Below, piece by piece: positions 1-12,533 of a DNA stretch of 64,000 bases. Position 1 is the stretch's first letter. Each line of letters begins with the position of its first letter. The position numbers and the translations under genes are program-made. The notes under the pieces are model-generated. The model saw only the letters and a program-made list of their open reading frames with translations. It did not search any database and had not been told where the DNA came from. Origin of the DNA: Ptychomitrium polyphyllum (lineage: Eukaryota); assembly GCA_973851085.1 (NCBI GenBank), contig OZ316776.1:12648001-12712000 (forward strand), in the 5' to 3' direction.

Positions 1-42
1 ACAGTCTGCTTACAGGCACAAAATGTTCTTTGAAGAGGTGCC

Positions 43-1513
43 TTATAGCTCCTTCTCAATTATGTCTCGAATAACGTTCGTTGACAACAATCCTTCCGTA
101 CGAATGGCAAGCTTCTCTGTGTCCGGGCTCACGAACACCATTGTGGGCAGGCCTCGAATCTGCCGGAATAAGTTTGCAATTACAAATTAGTGAGAAATCT
201 TGTTACTCAAAATGCAGTGATTGACACATAACGTATTAATGACTTCTAGGATGCAAAGGTTTGTATGCAAAGTGGCAACAACAAAAACCACTGAGATGAC
301 AAGGAAGACAATTGGTTAGGCATGACCGCACCTCCATTTGATTTGCAAGCTCATGCTCTTCATCAGTGTCGATTTTCAAGAACCGAACCCTGTCACCGTA
401 CTCCACAGCTAGCTGAATAGTAAACACCACATTTGTTGTAAATTCAGACCTTAATGTGATAACTTCAAGGACCCCAAGCACAAGGGCGCAACGGCCTTAA
501 GAACTGCACTTGTTGCCATATTAACCAAGAACAGAGCACGCTTTCTTGTCCTAGAGTCCAAAAATTTCTAAGAACCAAGCCCCTATTACGAGAAAAACAC
601 TGGTATAAAAATAATGACTTCACCACTCAAGACCGTGGAAACTAGGTTTTCAGAGTCTTAAAGAGCCTCTCCAGAAAAGATAGACGGAAACTGGTTTGCA
701 AATGCAGAGTCACTGCAATGTCCTTAGAACGAGGTATTCAACGTTATCATGCAGTTGGAACTTCAATTTCATCGAAGTTAAACAAAGTCTATGCTGAAAA
801 GTGCCGTTTAAATTTCCTTGCTCACAAAGTGAGTAGGCAAAATGAACTAAGCTAAGAAGAATTATTTGCGCGTCTTGAATGGCTGGCTAAGAATAAGGTG
901 GACATAGTGGGAAGCAACAACTGAAGCAGCATCTACACTGATGTGCGTCACTTTCAATACCAAAAAAATTACTACGATGCTGGCCCATAGTGACAATACC
1001 TGTTCCAGTTCCTGAGCTAGCAATATACAAGGGCCGCACCAAGTCGCGTAGAAGTCGACAACCATGGGTGAACTCCTCTCGTTAGCCAGAATATCATCTA
1101 ATTCACGTGCAGATACTTTTTGCTGCAGTCAAAGAAAAACAACCCAACATCAACACAAACAAAACCACACACAAAACCGCATACAAACCAAGCCAGCAAA
1201 CTATTCGGATAAAATGCGCACAAGGTAGTACTCAGACAATGAAGAAGGGGTTTACCACAAGGTAATCACCCTTAGCTCCTGCAGCGCGAATGGGCACTCC
1301 GAAACTCTGTTTCCTCGCACTGGTTGGGGTACGCACTTGCAGCTGAATTCCACTAAAAGAAGAATTCCCCAATCTTTGACAATTGGTGACTCCAGCGCTC
1401 GCCCTGAAACCTAATCCAACCCAAGACGAAGTCTGATGGTGAGCGCGCGAGGAAGAGAGGCGCTGGGGGAAGGAAGTGGACGTCAAAGACGCCATGGAAG
1501 CAACTGCCGCCAT
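43..1513 (-). CDS. TRXz: Plastid thioredoxin z (CITRX-like), 4 exons: 1513-1256, 1122-1000, 412-332, 159-43
   Basis: Spliced product is a Ser/Arg-rich transit peptide (MAAVASMASLTSTSF...) followed by DYLV|QKVSARELDDIL...VVDFYATWCGPCILLAQELEQ|LAVEYGDRVRFLKIDTDEEHELANQME|IRGLPTMVFVSPDTEKLAIRTEGLL...IIEKEL*. It has the WCGPC active site and the LAQELE/KIDTD/AIRTEGL motifs of TRX z. All introns are GT-AG, phase 0. Confidence 0.93.
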
Positions 1514-2197
1514 CCCAGCCACAGCGAAGTCGCCCCAACCCACAAAGACGACGAGGAAGAGGAAGATAGCGAGGAGATTGCCAGCAAGAAGAAAAAGCCT
1601 GCTGGTGACGAGGTGGAAGGCGAAGGTGGGCAAGCGCTGATGTTGAAGAGGAGAAGCCCACCACGGTGCAAGAGGATGGGATAGCAGGGCTAGCGCTGCG
1701 AGACGGGCCAAGAGAGACAGCCAAGGCAGCAAAGGAAGCGAAGGGCGACCAGCACAAGGGATGGGAAGGCGCGGCGGCGTTGCGGGTGTCACGCTTGAAA
1801 AGGAAGCGAAGGACTGCGAAGACGGGAACACGGGAACCCCAATGAACGGAAAAGTTCACCCAGAAAAGGCAGCTGGCGACCAACGGAAACTCGCATACTC
1901 GATGATCATTCCTTCGCAAGCGAGATGTCTTCAATCGTAGATTCGCACATCCAGGCGTTGAAGTGAAGATTCACTTTCTATGGAGCCCTAAACTAGAATC
2001 AGCTGAGCTGCAGTGGCATACTTGTGGCGATACATATTGGAATGCGCGAATTCACGGACGTTGCAACGTGGTGGGAGCTTTGGAAGGTCACAACCTAATC
2101 TGGAGAGAAACTCTGAATCCTTGCTGTTGTTGCGATGGTGATATTTGTTGTTGCGAATTGTGACGTCCTAGTTGCGAGGTGAGTCTGTTTGTTGTTT

Positions 2198-4790
2198 ATG
2201 GTGGTCGCGATGGCGCCACCGCAGTCCAAGACCTACACATCGCTGTTGGTGTTGTTGCTGTGCATCTCGGTCGCGTTGCTGCTGTGGGGCCATGTCTTGA
2301 TGGAGCCCTCTTGCGATGCTCGCGGTGAAGTCCCATCTGGTCCGTGGCCGTCACTCAGGGTGGTGGTTGTTGCCGATCTGCATTTGGCTGGGCCTCGTAC
2401 GGCTTGGGTGGATCGCGTCCGCCGGGAGTCCTTCATGCGATCCGTTTTCCAGGTATTTTTCTCACACTGCTCATCTGCTTAGTTGGAAATAGTTTTGGGT
2501 ACGTGAGAATCTGCAGATAGTTCTCTTCTCTGTTCACAGCTATTGTGGAATCTCGGAGAGGTTGAAATTTGACGAATGCGGTTACCGAATCGTATCAACA
2601 TTTCAATGCGAGCTCCTTCTCAGAGTAATCGTGGAAATTTCACAGTTTTGTAAGCCAAATCATATTATGTGTGATTTGGTCACCATGTCAGGGAAGTCTC
2701 TTGCCTGCCTTTGACGACTGCAGCAAAAGCACCGTCCTTAATTCAACTGAGTGTTTTCAAACTTTTTCATGTACACATAGGCAGCCTGGCTGAAGACTGG
2801 AAACTTTACTCGCAGAGAGCACACAGGAGATTGAATCCCGATGCGCTGGTTGTGCTTGGAGATGTGTCAGATGCGGGTCGGAAGTCGAGCGATGCTCAGT
2901 GGAGTGCAGTAGTGGCGCGGTTCTGGGATCTGGTGTGGCCCTTCTCGGCCGTGCCAATCCAGATAGTGGTGGGAAATCACGATGTGGGTGACCATCATGA
3001 CCCTGGCTTCTCCAGCCGCCTGCCTCGGTTTGCCGCCGCGTTTCCTGGCTTGGACGACACATGTGGCAGCCGTTTCATCTGGAAGGGTGTGGATTTCATC
3101 TCTCTGAATGCGATGGCAATGCATGGCGATGGCTGCTCGGTTTGTTCCAGGGTGGAGAAAACTGTCGAAAGCATTAGTTCTTCAGTGGAGGCACATCGGA
3201 AGGTGACTTGCTCCACCATTTTAGATCACCACCTACTGAAGTTGCTGCGACTTGGGTGGACGTTAAATTGTCGTCTCATTGTATTGAAGTCAATTTTGCT
3301 GAATCCTAGTATGTTGAGGTTTGCAAGCTGCCCCCTCTTCATTGGACTGGTTTGGAACTCTTTCACGGTCATAAGTTTATGCAGCATATCCAGGGAAATC
3401 ATTTGGTTAATTCTTGTGGTAAGCATTATATGTTTACTTATAATGTTCCAGTTAGAGCAGGCTTGCATCTAGAACCAAAAAAACTAAAGAGTTAAGCACC
3501 ATCTGATTTGAATACATTTGTTTGTGCGTTACTTGTCTTGTAGGAAAGCGACTCAGAGCAAGATATGAATGGTCAAAATATTGGGGTAGTCGATGGTGGT
3601 GCATTCAGTGGGCCTGTGCTCCTGCTGCATTTGCCATTGTATCGTGCAGACGATAATGTGTGCACCCCTATAGATCTTCCACGTTGTGCACCATGGCATG
3701 ATCTCGAAGGAAGTTGTTTAAAAGTGGGCTCGGCACCTTCAATGTACGTTCTGCAACCCATCTGTCTGAAGCACCCAGCATTATTCAGTGGTTGGAGTTT
3801 CCATTTTTTACCACTCTGCGTCACTGATTACTGCTAACTCTTTGTCACTACTGTGTTCAACCCTGGCTGTGTTCCACTTCTTCCTGAGTATTGCTGGAAT
3901 CCGATCTGATGTTCTGTTAGTATGTTTTTGCATTGCATGACGCTGCTGGACCAGGGTGATGCCACAAGAAGAGCTTCATAGAGTGGGCCAGGACGTGTTA
4001 TCCTATGAATCCTCTGCAAAAGTCCTCCAGTCATTCAGACCACGGTATGTATTTCACTACAATTTTGACTTTTTTGAGTACTCGAGCTGCCTTTTTGAGA
4101 TAGTTACAAATGAAGAAGCATATGGTTGAATTGATTATGCCACGAACTGTCAATGACGATCTTCAAGCTTTTTTTTGCTGGCTGTGCTCGAATTGTTAAA
4201 TATTCCATAATCTCTTGATTCACGCCGACCTCAAATATTGGTCTTAGTTTCTTTAGTTTCTTAGTTCATAGTCTTGATTCACAGAGCTACTGTCTTGGAC
4301 TAGGAAAGTAAGATTTATTAATGATTATCGCCTCGAGGATTGATCATGGCAATTCTTAAGATTTTAAAATTTATCTATTCTCTTCAGACACTGGTAGTGC
4401 CTCAATCAAGGAAATGACTGTTGTATGGAATGCGGAAAAATGTTGCTTAAGTGTCGTCTCGTTGAGGGTTCAGGCTGATGAGGTGAACGTCCCATTTGAC
4501 GCAGGCTGGTGTTGAGTGGACACACGCACCGCTGGTGTGACCGAGTGCACGCAGATGGCACCAGAGAGGTGACCGTGCCGTCGTTGAGCTGGCGCAACCG
4601 CGACGATCCCAGCTTCGCCTTTCTCACTTTCCACGCAAACTCCTCCACCGTCCAACGGTGCATGCTGGCTCACGAGTCCACTGTCATCCTGCTCTACATT
4701 CTCTGGGCCTGCACCATTCTCCTCTGGCTGTTAACTACATCCTGCATCCTTGTCAGTCGGTTAAGATCCAAGTCCGTGAAGCCGGAATGA
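2198..4790 (+). CDS. Metallophosphoesterase 1-like (MPPE1/PGAP5/Cdc1 family), 5 exons: 2198-2452, 2816-3202, 3544-3743, 3955-4044, 4505-4790
   Basis: Calcineurin-like motifs occur in order across in-phase GT-AG exons: ADLHL, LGDVSD, GNHD, HLPL, SGHTH, EVTVPSLSWRNRDDPSF. There are N- and C-terminal hydrophobic segments. The start is ATG 2198 or 2210. Confidence 0.88.
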
Positions 4791-5642
4791 AAAAATACCA
4801 AAACAACGCAGATGATTTGCCAGCTTCTGAGAATCCCATTAGTTAAGTCTCAAATTGAATTAACCTTCACGTAAACTGAGTTGTCTTCCTGTAGACATAC
4901 CGGAAAGTAGAGAAAGAAAAAGTAACACGAGGCTGAAGTCATTCCGCTGCTACAGAAATTTTCCTGCAGACAATAGAACAACTCAAGCAGCGTGTTCACT
5001 GTATACTGTAGCCATTGAAAACTCCTGTCTACTGTATTGCAACATGAAAAACACTTGATTAGCAGCTTACCTGTGTCAACTTATCAGCACTTCTTGACAA
5101 CCCGTTAAGACTTGAACACCCTCACAAAATTATTTGAAACTTCGCACATACCTTTATGTCATTATGATTGAGTGCAAGTCCAAGTTCCGAAGAGAATTTG
5201 GATGGGCACTGGTTACGATAGCGGAGGTTCCGGGTAAAACCGGTGTGGGGGTATGGCGGGGAGGGCGATTCCGTGTGAAATGGGCGCCGGGCCCGCCGGA
5301 GGCCAGGTCAAGGGCAGGCGACACCGGCTGAGGTGCATCGCTTGTTTACCAAAGAGCCTGCGACGAGCGAGACCGCGTTGATCCGTTCATCATGCAATCG
5401 ATGCTTTCAGTGCGGCCAAACCCAGTTGATGCATTTCTGCGCCTCGTACCCTCTATGATTGCTGCACTCATTTCGCAATCATTCTCACTGCAGGCTGGCG
5501 TGTTCTCCCACTTCCTCTGTATGTTTGGTGCTCTTCACCTCTCTGTTCTTCTCTGATCTCTGTGCTGCCTCTTCCGAGCTTCGCGACTAGACGGTGGTTT
5601 CCGTTTTGCGTGCTAGTTTTGGAGCTGCTCAACCTAGCTCCC

Positions 5643-8600
5643 ATGATGGCGTCTGAGGAGGTGCTGGATCGAGATTTGCTGTTTAGGAAGATGAAGACCA
5701 AGCCCGACAACAAGGTGCTTCTCCTCGTCTGCCTGACGCGCCCTCTTGTGCTCATATTGCCCCATACTTGTATGCTGCGACTGGGTTTGCATTTTTCCAG
5801 TCAGGTCTTCTCTGTTGTGGGTTTTTATTTTAAGATGTACCCACTTCTTGGAAGCACCGTCCACTTCTTTCTCAGTTTTGCCTGGGAGTTAGATGTGGAG
5901 AATTCTCTCATCATCTGCGGTGATAAAACTTGTGGACGCATTCTTGCCATGTTCTGCTATAGTTTTGGTTGCTGTATCTGAGATTTTGTCTCGTTCGGTA
6001 GGACAAATGTGGGGCTTGCATTTGAAGATCCGACTGGTCTAGTGGCGGTCATAGTCTGGCATACTAAGTGTGGAAAAGCAGATCCTGTTTCGGAGGATGG
6101 AGGAATCGTCGCAATGTGTGGGAGTCTTCTTAGATTAGGGTTTTCGTTTCCTTTTTCGTGTGTTTGGAAGGTTTAATGATCTCTTCGTGGCGGTCTCACT
6201 ATTTTGTCAGTACAACTCCTCTTCCGATTCAGGTCGAACTATGGTTAGATCTGAACAGGCAGCGATTTCTTTGAAGTCCTGTACTCGCTTAGTCTTGGTT
6301 GTTTTTAACCTGCTAGTCAGCACTTACTCTCCACATTCCGTGCTTACTTTCTGAGACAGTGGCGCACAACCATCGGGAATACAAAGAGCATCGTATCCCT
6401 TAGTGGGAGTTTGAACAGGGATCACGTAGCTCTAATGATCTTTTCAATAGTAGTCAGCATTTGCTGTTGCTAGTTCCATGAAGTCCAACAGACTTGAACA
6501 ATGCAGCAAAAGTTTGAAACTTATTTGGACTCCATTGTTCCCAAGCACTATGATTAGATTTAGTGTGACGGGTGGATGCTGGCAGACCTTTGAAGGCTTC
6601 TGTTTTGACTTCTTGTAGTGCGTAGATCACGTGCTACTGACAGACAAGGTGTGTTTTGACCCAGTTCGGTTTTAACGGAGTAAGAAAATTATGGATTGTG
6701 CAGATATGTTTCGATTGCAATGCTAAGAATCCTACATGGTCTTCTGTAACTTACGGGATTTTCATCTGTCTGGACTGCTCAGCGCTTCACCGAAGTCTTG
6801 GTGTCCATATCAGCTTCGTGAGGTGTGTATCTTTCACATGAAGTTTATTGCGAACTCGTACTCTTGTAGAGTAGGGACTTGGGTCATAAGCGCTGTAACT
6901 CTGAATATCTGGGATGGGGAATGTGCAACAGGTCCACTACGCTGGACAGCTGGAATCAAGATCAGTTGAAGGTGATGAGTCTGGGTGGCAATGGGCGGGC
7001 ACGCGTGTTCTTCAAGCAGCACGGTTGGACTGATGGAGGCAGAATTGAGTCCAAGTACATTTCAAGAGCGGCAGACCTTTACCGCCAGCTTTTGGCCAAG
7101 GAAGTGGCCAAGAGTGTAGCTGCTGGAGCGAGCTTTGCTCGGCCTGCATCTCCAGTGTCCGAGAGAGCAGCTAATGGGGCCGCATCCGCGAAGGACGACT
7201 TCTTTTTTGAGGACCAGATATCTCAGAAGCCTGTTGTTGCTGCTGCTCCTGCCCCTGCTCCTGCTCCTGTTGCTCGTCCTGTATCCGCGGGCATCTCAAG
7301 GAAGCCTGTATCGTCTCTTGGAGCGAAGAAGCTAACATCAGGCAAAGTCGGGGGTGGTCTGGGCATAAGAAAACTCACAACGAAAGTACGTAAGCCATTT
7401 TCATTTGGTTGTGTGCAGACGGGGAATGTTTTCATGGGGGCTTTCATGCCTTGCATAAGGACTGTTACGGATAGTTTTGATCTAAATTGAGAATACAGAC
7501 ATCAGCTGCTCTTGTTTTTTTGTCATGTCTAATCACTAGAGTATAGAGATGAGTGTGGGTTTGGATGTTATAATTTGAAATATGTTGGGCACATACCTTA
7601 TTGTGTTGATTGTTTATGCAGCCAAGTGAAGACCTTTATGATCAGAAGCCAGCAGAAGTTGTACCTGAACCAATTGCACCAGCACCTAATTCAGCAGGGA
7701 TCATGCAGTCAACCCACCGAACATCGAGGTTTGTTTACTCAGATGATTCGCTTCCAACGACTGAACCCAACGGCAATGGCAACTCAAAGACTGGCCATGT
7801 TGCTGCTCCTTCAACTGTTGCTGACTTTTTTGCAGAGTTTGGAGCATCTCCCATCAAACCATCGTACTCTAACGGGCGTTCAAAGCCACAGGTACGGTTT
7901 TCATCTTGTTTTTTTCTAGTCGTCCCTTCTTAATTATAGAATTGTGAATTTATCGGTTGGAATTAAAAACGTTCCATAGTACTGGTGTCTGCAATTTTCC
8001 GTAATAGTTATGATACGTAGAGGAGACATCAAGTCAGATCAGTTCAACTTTTAGTTTATATGTTGCAAAAATTACTGGAAAACAGTGGAAGGTCCTTACA
8101 GTTCCTCTTCTAAACAGGATTTGAGTTAAGGGTTCCCTTCGACATTTGAAAAATGTTAACAAGAAGCTCTAAATCAGCTTTGCGTGCATGTTTTCTCATT
8201 TTATCTACCTCTGTTAGCAGCATGAAGACAGCTATGAGGCTCAGAAAAAGTTTGCCAATGCCAAATCCATCTCTTCTGCTCAATATTTTGGCGACCAGGA
8301 TAAGGACGGGGACTCGAAAAACTCGGGCCGTCTACAGAAATTTGCTGTGAGTTTCTTGATAAGGCTGTTCATGTACAGTACTTTTGCTGTCTTGTCAGCT
8401 TTGGTATCCTTGTCATCCTTACATCTGCAAATGCATTAGCTAGGGTACAGCATAAAGTGAACGTTGTGTAAAGTTTTGAAGAAGACTTGGCTATTTAATG
8501 TGCTTTTGGTCTGCATTGTATGCTTCTCTGCTTCCTGGGATCGTGAATATAGCGGGAAGGTCAGTGTGCAGTTGTCAATACTTTTTGTAAGTCTAAAGCA

Positions 8601-9559
8601 AGAATCCCTTCGTGTTGGACTTGCTCCTGGCTTGGTTTCCAGAGAATTCTACTAGGATGTTAATTACTATCTCACTTTAAGTCGAACGCTTCCACATGTG
8701 CAGAATTCCTCGGCTATATCAAGCGCTGCCTACTTTGATCGCGAAGATGGAGATTCAATAGGCGGTTCTGCAATTGACCTGACAGCAGGCGAGATCATTT
8801 CCAAGTTGTCCATGCAGGTAATATTACTTTCTCAGTCTGCCCTAAATTTCGACAGACATGCTTCGTACACAATCGTCTCATTCTTCGTGCCGTATCTTAA
8901 CTTCTGTTCATGACATATACGCCTTGGTAGAGAATTGGGTCAAAGAGATATAGTAAGTTTTGACTCAACTTGCAAAAGAGATTGATTAGAAACTCAGAAT
9001 TTGTAGGAATTTCATCTTCCACAGATTCATAGTTGATAATCAGCAAATTTATCTAAAATTAAGCGTTGTTACGCCTCCTACTTTCCGACTGTGTAGTGAA
9101 GCGGCTGTTTTGTAAAGTATACACAGGTGTAATTATCCTAATAAATAAAGGTTTTGAACCTCGCTTGAACTAAAGAGGGTGTTGGAATGCTCGATGATAG
9201 GATCATACTGGTGGTGTTGTATTTCTTCTGGTCTGTGGACCAAGAATTAGAGTTTAAAGTAAAGCAAGCTGCTAGTCACTATTAACACTACCTACAATTA
9301 TTCTCCTTTTAAGGTCGTTATCATGGGCTAATTTGTTATACAGTGTCTGTTGATTAATTTCGTATCCTTCAGTTAGGAATATTTTATCCCGGTAACCCTT
9401 GGACACAAACATGCAAGGATTGCGAGGGCTAATAGATGATCTGGTGGCCAGGCCTCACAGGATATGTCCGCGTTGAAAAGCCTTGCGGAAGATACTGGGA
9501 TGAAGCTTTCATCATTTGCTTCAAGTTTTATTGCAGATATACAAGACAGTATAAGCTAA
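5643..9559 (+). CDS. ARF GTPase-activating protein, Glo3/ArfGAP2-3 (AGD8/9/10) type, 7 exons: 5643-5714, 6704-6822, 6932-7385, 7622-7891, 8221-8346, 8704-8817, 9452-9559
   Basis: ArfGAP zinc finger [46 protein letters not shown], then GLGIRKL. Glo3 motifs [11 protein letters not shown] and AISSAAYF follow, then an amphipathic C-terminus ([18 protein letters not shown]). Splice phases are consistent. Confidence 0.93.
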
Positions 9560-11629
9560 AAGCATACAGGTCTCAATACCGTACGGTTTCCAACAGCCAG
9601 TACAAATAGTGCTACCCCGCGTTCTTGGTTGCATATGAATTTGATTCAGGAGTCGTTGCTGGCTTTCGAAGCGCGAATGGGTCACCTACCACTTGCATTT
9701 TGTATTTTCTGGTTAGATATATCGATGTTCGCTTTTTATGTCACTTGCTAAAATAGATCATGTCTATGTTTTGCTGATCAATATATTCTGTGGTTCTTTT
9801 GGATTGTGCAGATCGCAGATTTTAGCTTTTTGAAGTAAGATGTACGTTAGTCGTTCGGGTGGAGTATAGAGGATGAATATGATGAGGAAGCTCTATTCAT
9901 TTTTCACAGCTTAGGTCAGCTCACGGCATCATAGCCCAGAACTGAGCTTGTTCTCATTACGTTATTCTTTTTAGGAGTGCTGCTATTTCAGCACGCAGTA
10001 CCCTCAAGATGTACTACTCATGCAGATCATTTTGCAATTCATGCATTGTACTACTGCTTCAAGGTTGTCAGATATACTTTGCACTGAACTTGGCTTCAAA
10101 ACATGAGCTATTCCTGTGAACTGGCATTCTCGATATTACGCACATAATTTCTGTGAGGAATCCTGCCTTTTGGTCACGATCTCCTCTAAAGTTATTCCCA
10201 ATACAGCACCAGTGAAAGTAATGCGGCTCTCTTTGATACTTGATAGTTCAATCAGCACCAGTAGATTGCTGTTTTAGTATCAAATCAAGTCTGTTGATTG
10301 TTCTTAACAGACTCCGTTCTAGGCAGCTAATAATCTCACGATCTGAAATCTGTACATTTCTGATGTGATAATATTCGGTGCTTGTGACGCACTCTCCTGT
10401 TGAGTTTTGACGAAGGGAAAATTTGAAGGCAGGAATGTGTCATACAAAGATTTCAACTTCAAGTTCAACGCAATGATGTAGTATCCTGCACTAAGGGCCG
10501 CTTACACCAGGTACCTTAAAATTTTGAAGCAACCAGAAAGTTTTGCTGCTGCAGAACCCAACAATCTGCAATTGATGCATGCATACATGAAACGTTGGAT
10601 CACAATACTTGGTCACACTGACTGGAACGCATGGATTTTCCAAATTGCACCATGGATTCGCAACTAAAGAATGGAAACGATTGTGCACTGCAATATCAAA
10701 CTTGGACGAACAGACGAAGATACTGTCCAGTACCAGGTGTGACTGTCGAAATAGCAGCAACGCTGGCGACTATTTCATCGTCAACCCACGTTGAGCTTTC
10801 CCAAAAGTTGCCTCACTGCTCTCCAAAGTTCATCGTTGTTTGGTTCTTCGGCAAGTTAGAGATGGTCGCGGGGTCGTTGTGGAGCGCTTGGTGAATCGAC
10901 ACAAGCTGATTATTAGGTACAAATCTTTCTCCTCACTTCTGGAGTTTAAGGGTGCGCCCATACTTAGAGTGGATAGAGTTTGTCCCGTTTGTTTCCGAGT
11001 TGCTAATTGACGAGATCCGCCCAAGTTACAATCTGCATCAACATATCACGTACACTGTTGGCGAACGTTGTAAAGAATACGGGTATATTGAAGAGGAAAT
11101 TTAAGAAGGGGCCAGAGAGTCGCACTACTCTTGAAGGGATGGAGTATTGTACCTTCTTCAATGGCCTCGGGAGCACGTACTGCTTCGTTGTCCAATTTGG
11201 GCGTAGTGCGCATTCTGCCTTAGTCCTCAAGTCTAGCTTGCCGCTCCCTGCTCACAAAAAAGGTTTTCCAGTCTAGAAAGCTGAGCCCTTGCTCTTTTTA
11301 CTGCGTTGAAGTGGATCCCGGCAGGAGCTAGTGCTTGTGTATTTGACATTGGTCGATTGGTGGAGTTATTAAGAGTGTGGAAAGAATCGGTTGCAGAGCG
11401 AAAGGAGTGTGCTGGATAACAGTACAAGCTGCGCGCGCATCGCCATGGCGAGCACCACTGGCAAGAATATGGAGATTTATAGAAAAGACGAGAACCAGCA
11501 GAGGAACACCCCATCGCTGGCTTTCATGGGGACATCTTCGGACTGGCCAGATCTAGGTCATGAGAAGCGAGAGTCAAGCGTTTCAGATGACGACTGCAAC
11601 GGTCAGCATGGCTAGTCGAATCTGTACCA

Positions 11630-12147
11630 ATCGCTTTCATCTGTCTTGCAATCTGGAACATGAGCCACAAGGGCTGCTTGGGATCAGTGAAGGCAGGGCC
11701 TTGGTGGTGGGCTTCAATCATTCGCTCATCGATCACCTTCCGCAGATCCCACTAACACCTGTACATCACAAAGGCAGTTCTGTCCTTGAACCTCTTATGC
11801 TTCAACAACGTCGCACTCACACCTAGTGGCAACCGTGTTCTGTCCGGATCATCTTCCTCATCAGGATAATGGTGCGTCCGGTGAGGAGTGAATTCGTTTT
11901 CAAGGTCTTGTAGGACACTCCCGCCCCTGAACACCATGCGACCACTATCATACTTCAAAGTAGCAGCGTAGATGACCGCCTGCGCTCCCTCCGCCAGCTT
12001 CTCACGCACCACCAGCATGCCATCGCCCACTTCCTCAAACAAAATCTCATGCTCTTGTGGGTGTTGTGGTATGTCATTTACACCCTCAATTGTATTAAGA
12101 TTCTTCAACCCATGGAAAGAAGTGCCTGAAGTAGGACGATGTTCCAA
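11630..12147 (-). pseudogene. Truncated protein-kinase fragment (subdomains I to about VIa)
   Basis: Reads EKLAEGAQAVIYAA (Gly-loop-like) ... AFVMYRC*WDLRKVIDERM...PAF...LMFQIARQMKA, with an in-frame TAG at 11752-11754. There is no VAxK lysine, and the sequence breaks off before HRDLK. Confidence 0.65.
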
Positions 12148-12286
12148 GCATAACTATAAAAGATTCAAAAGATACTATATTCAAACTAGTTAATACCTGT
12201 GTGATGTTCGGATTGTGATATTGGATGGTACTAGGTGACGCCCTGTGATAGCATATACCCAGTTCATAACTGTGTGATACCTGGGT

Positions 12287-12479
12287 ACGTGGACACTGGT
12301 GAAAATTTCACATGCATGGTAAGGCACCCTGGACGGCTCGCTCCCCTGATTGGCCGAGACATCAGGGTCAACCCGCGACGGGGAACTGCGCACAGCACCC
12401 TTATCTGGTGCCAAATGCGCGACCCACCCTGACCCGCAATTCGACTTCCAGGCGACGACCTCGAGAGTGTGAACTTATC
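12287..12479 (+). promoter_or_regulatory. Possible light-responsive elements upstream of CHLD
   Basis: ACGTGG (G-box-like) at 12287, and CTTATC (reverse I-box core) at 12400 and 12474. These motifs are short and could be chance. Confidence 0.25.
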
Positions 12480-12533
12480 CAGCAAAACAGAGACCGAGCT
12501 CATGCTCAGGAGCTGCACAGCAAAGCTGGGGCG

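Noticed and set aside
1514..1934. Long minus-strand ORFs upstream of TRX z
   Set aside because: They have non-ATG starts and run through low-complexity leader sequence with no recognisable domain.
12312..12533. 74-codon N-terminal extension of CHLD from ATG 12312
   Set aside because: It overlaps promoter-like motifs and does not resemble a transit peptide. ATG 12534 (MAFT...) is followed by a typical one.
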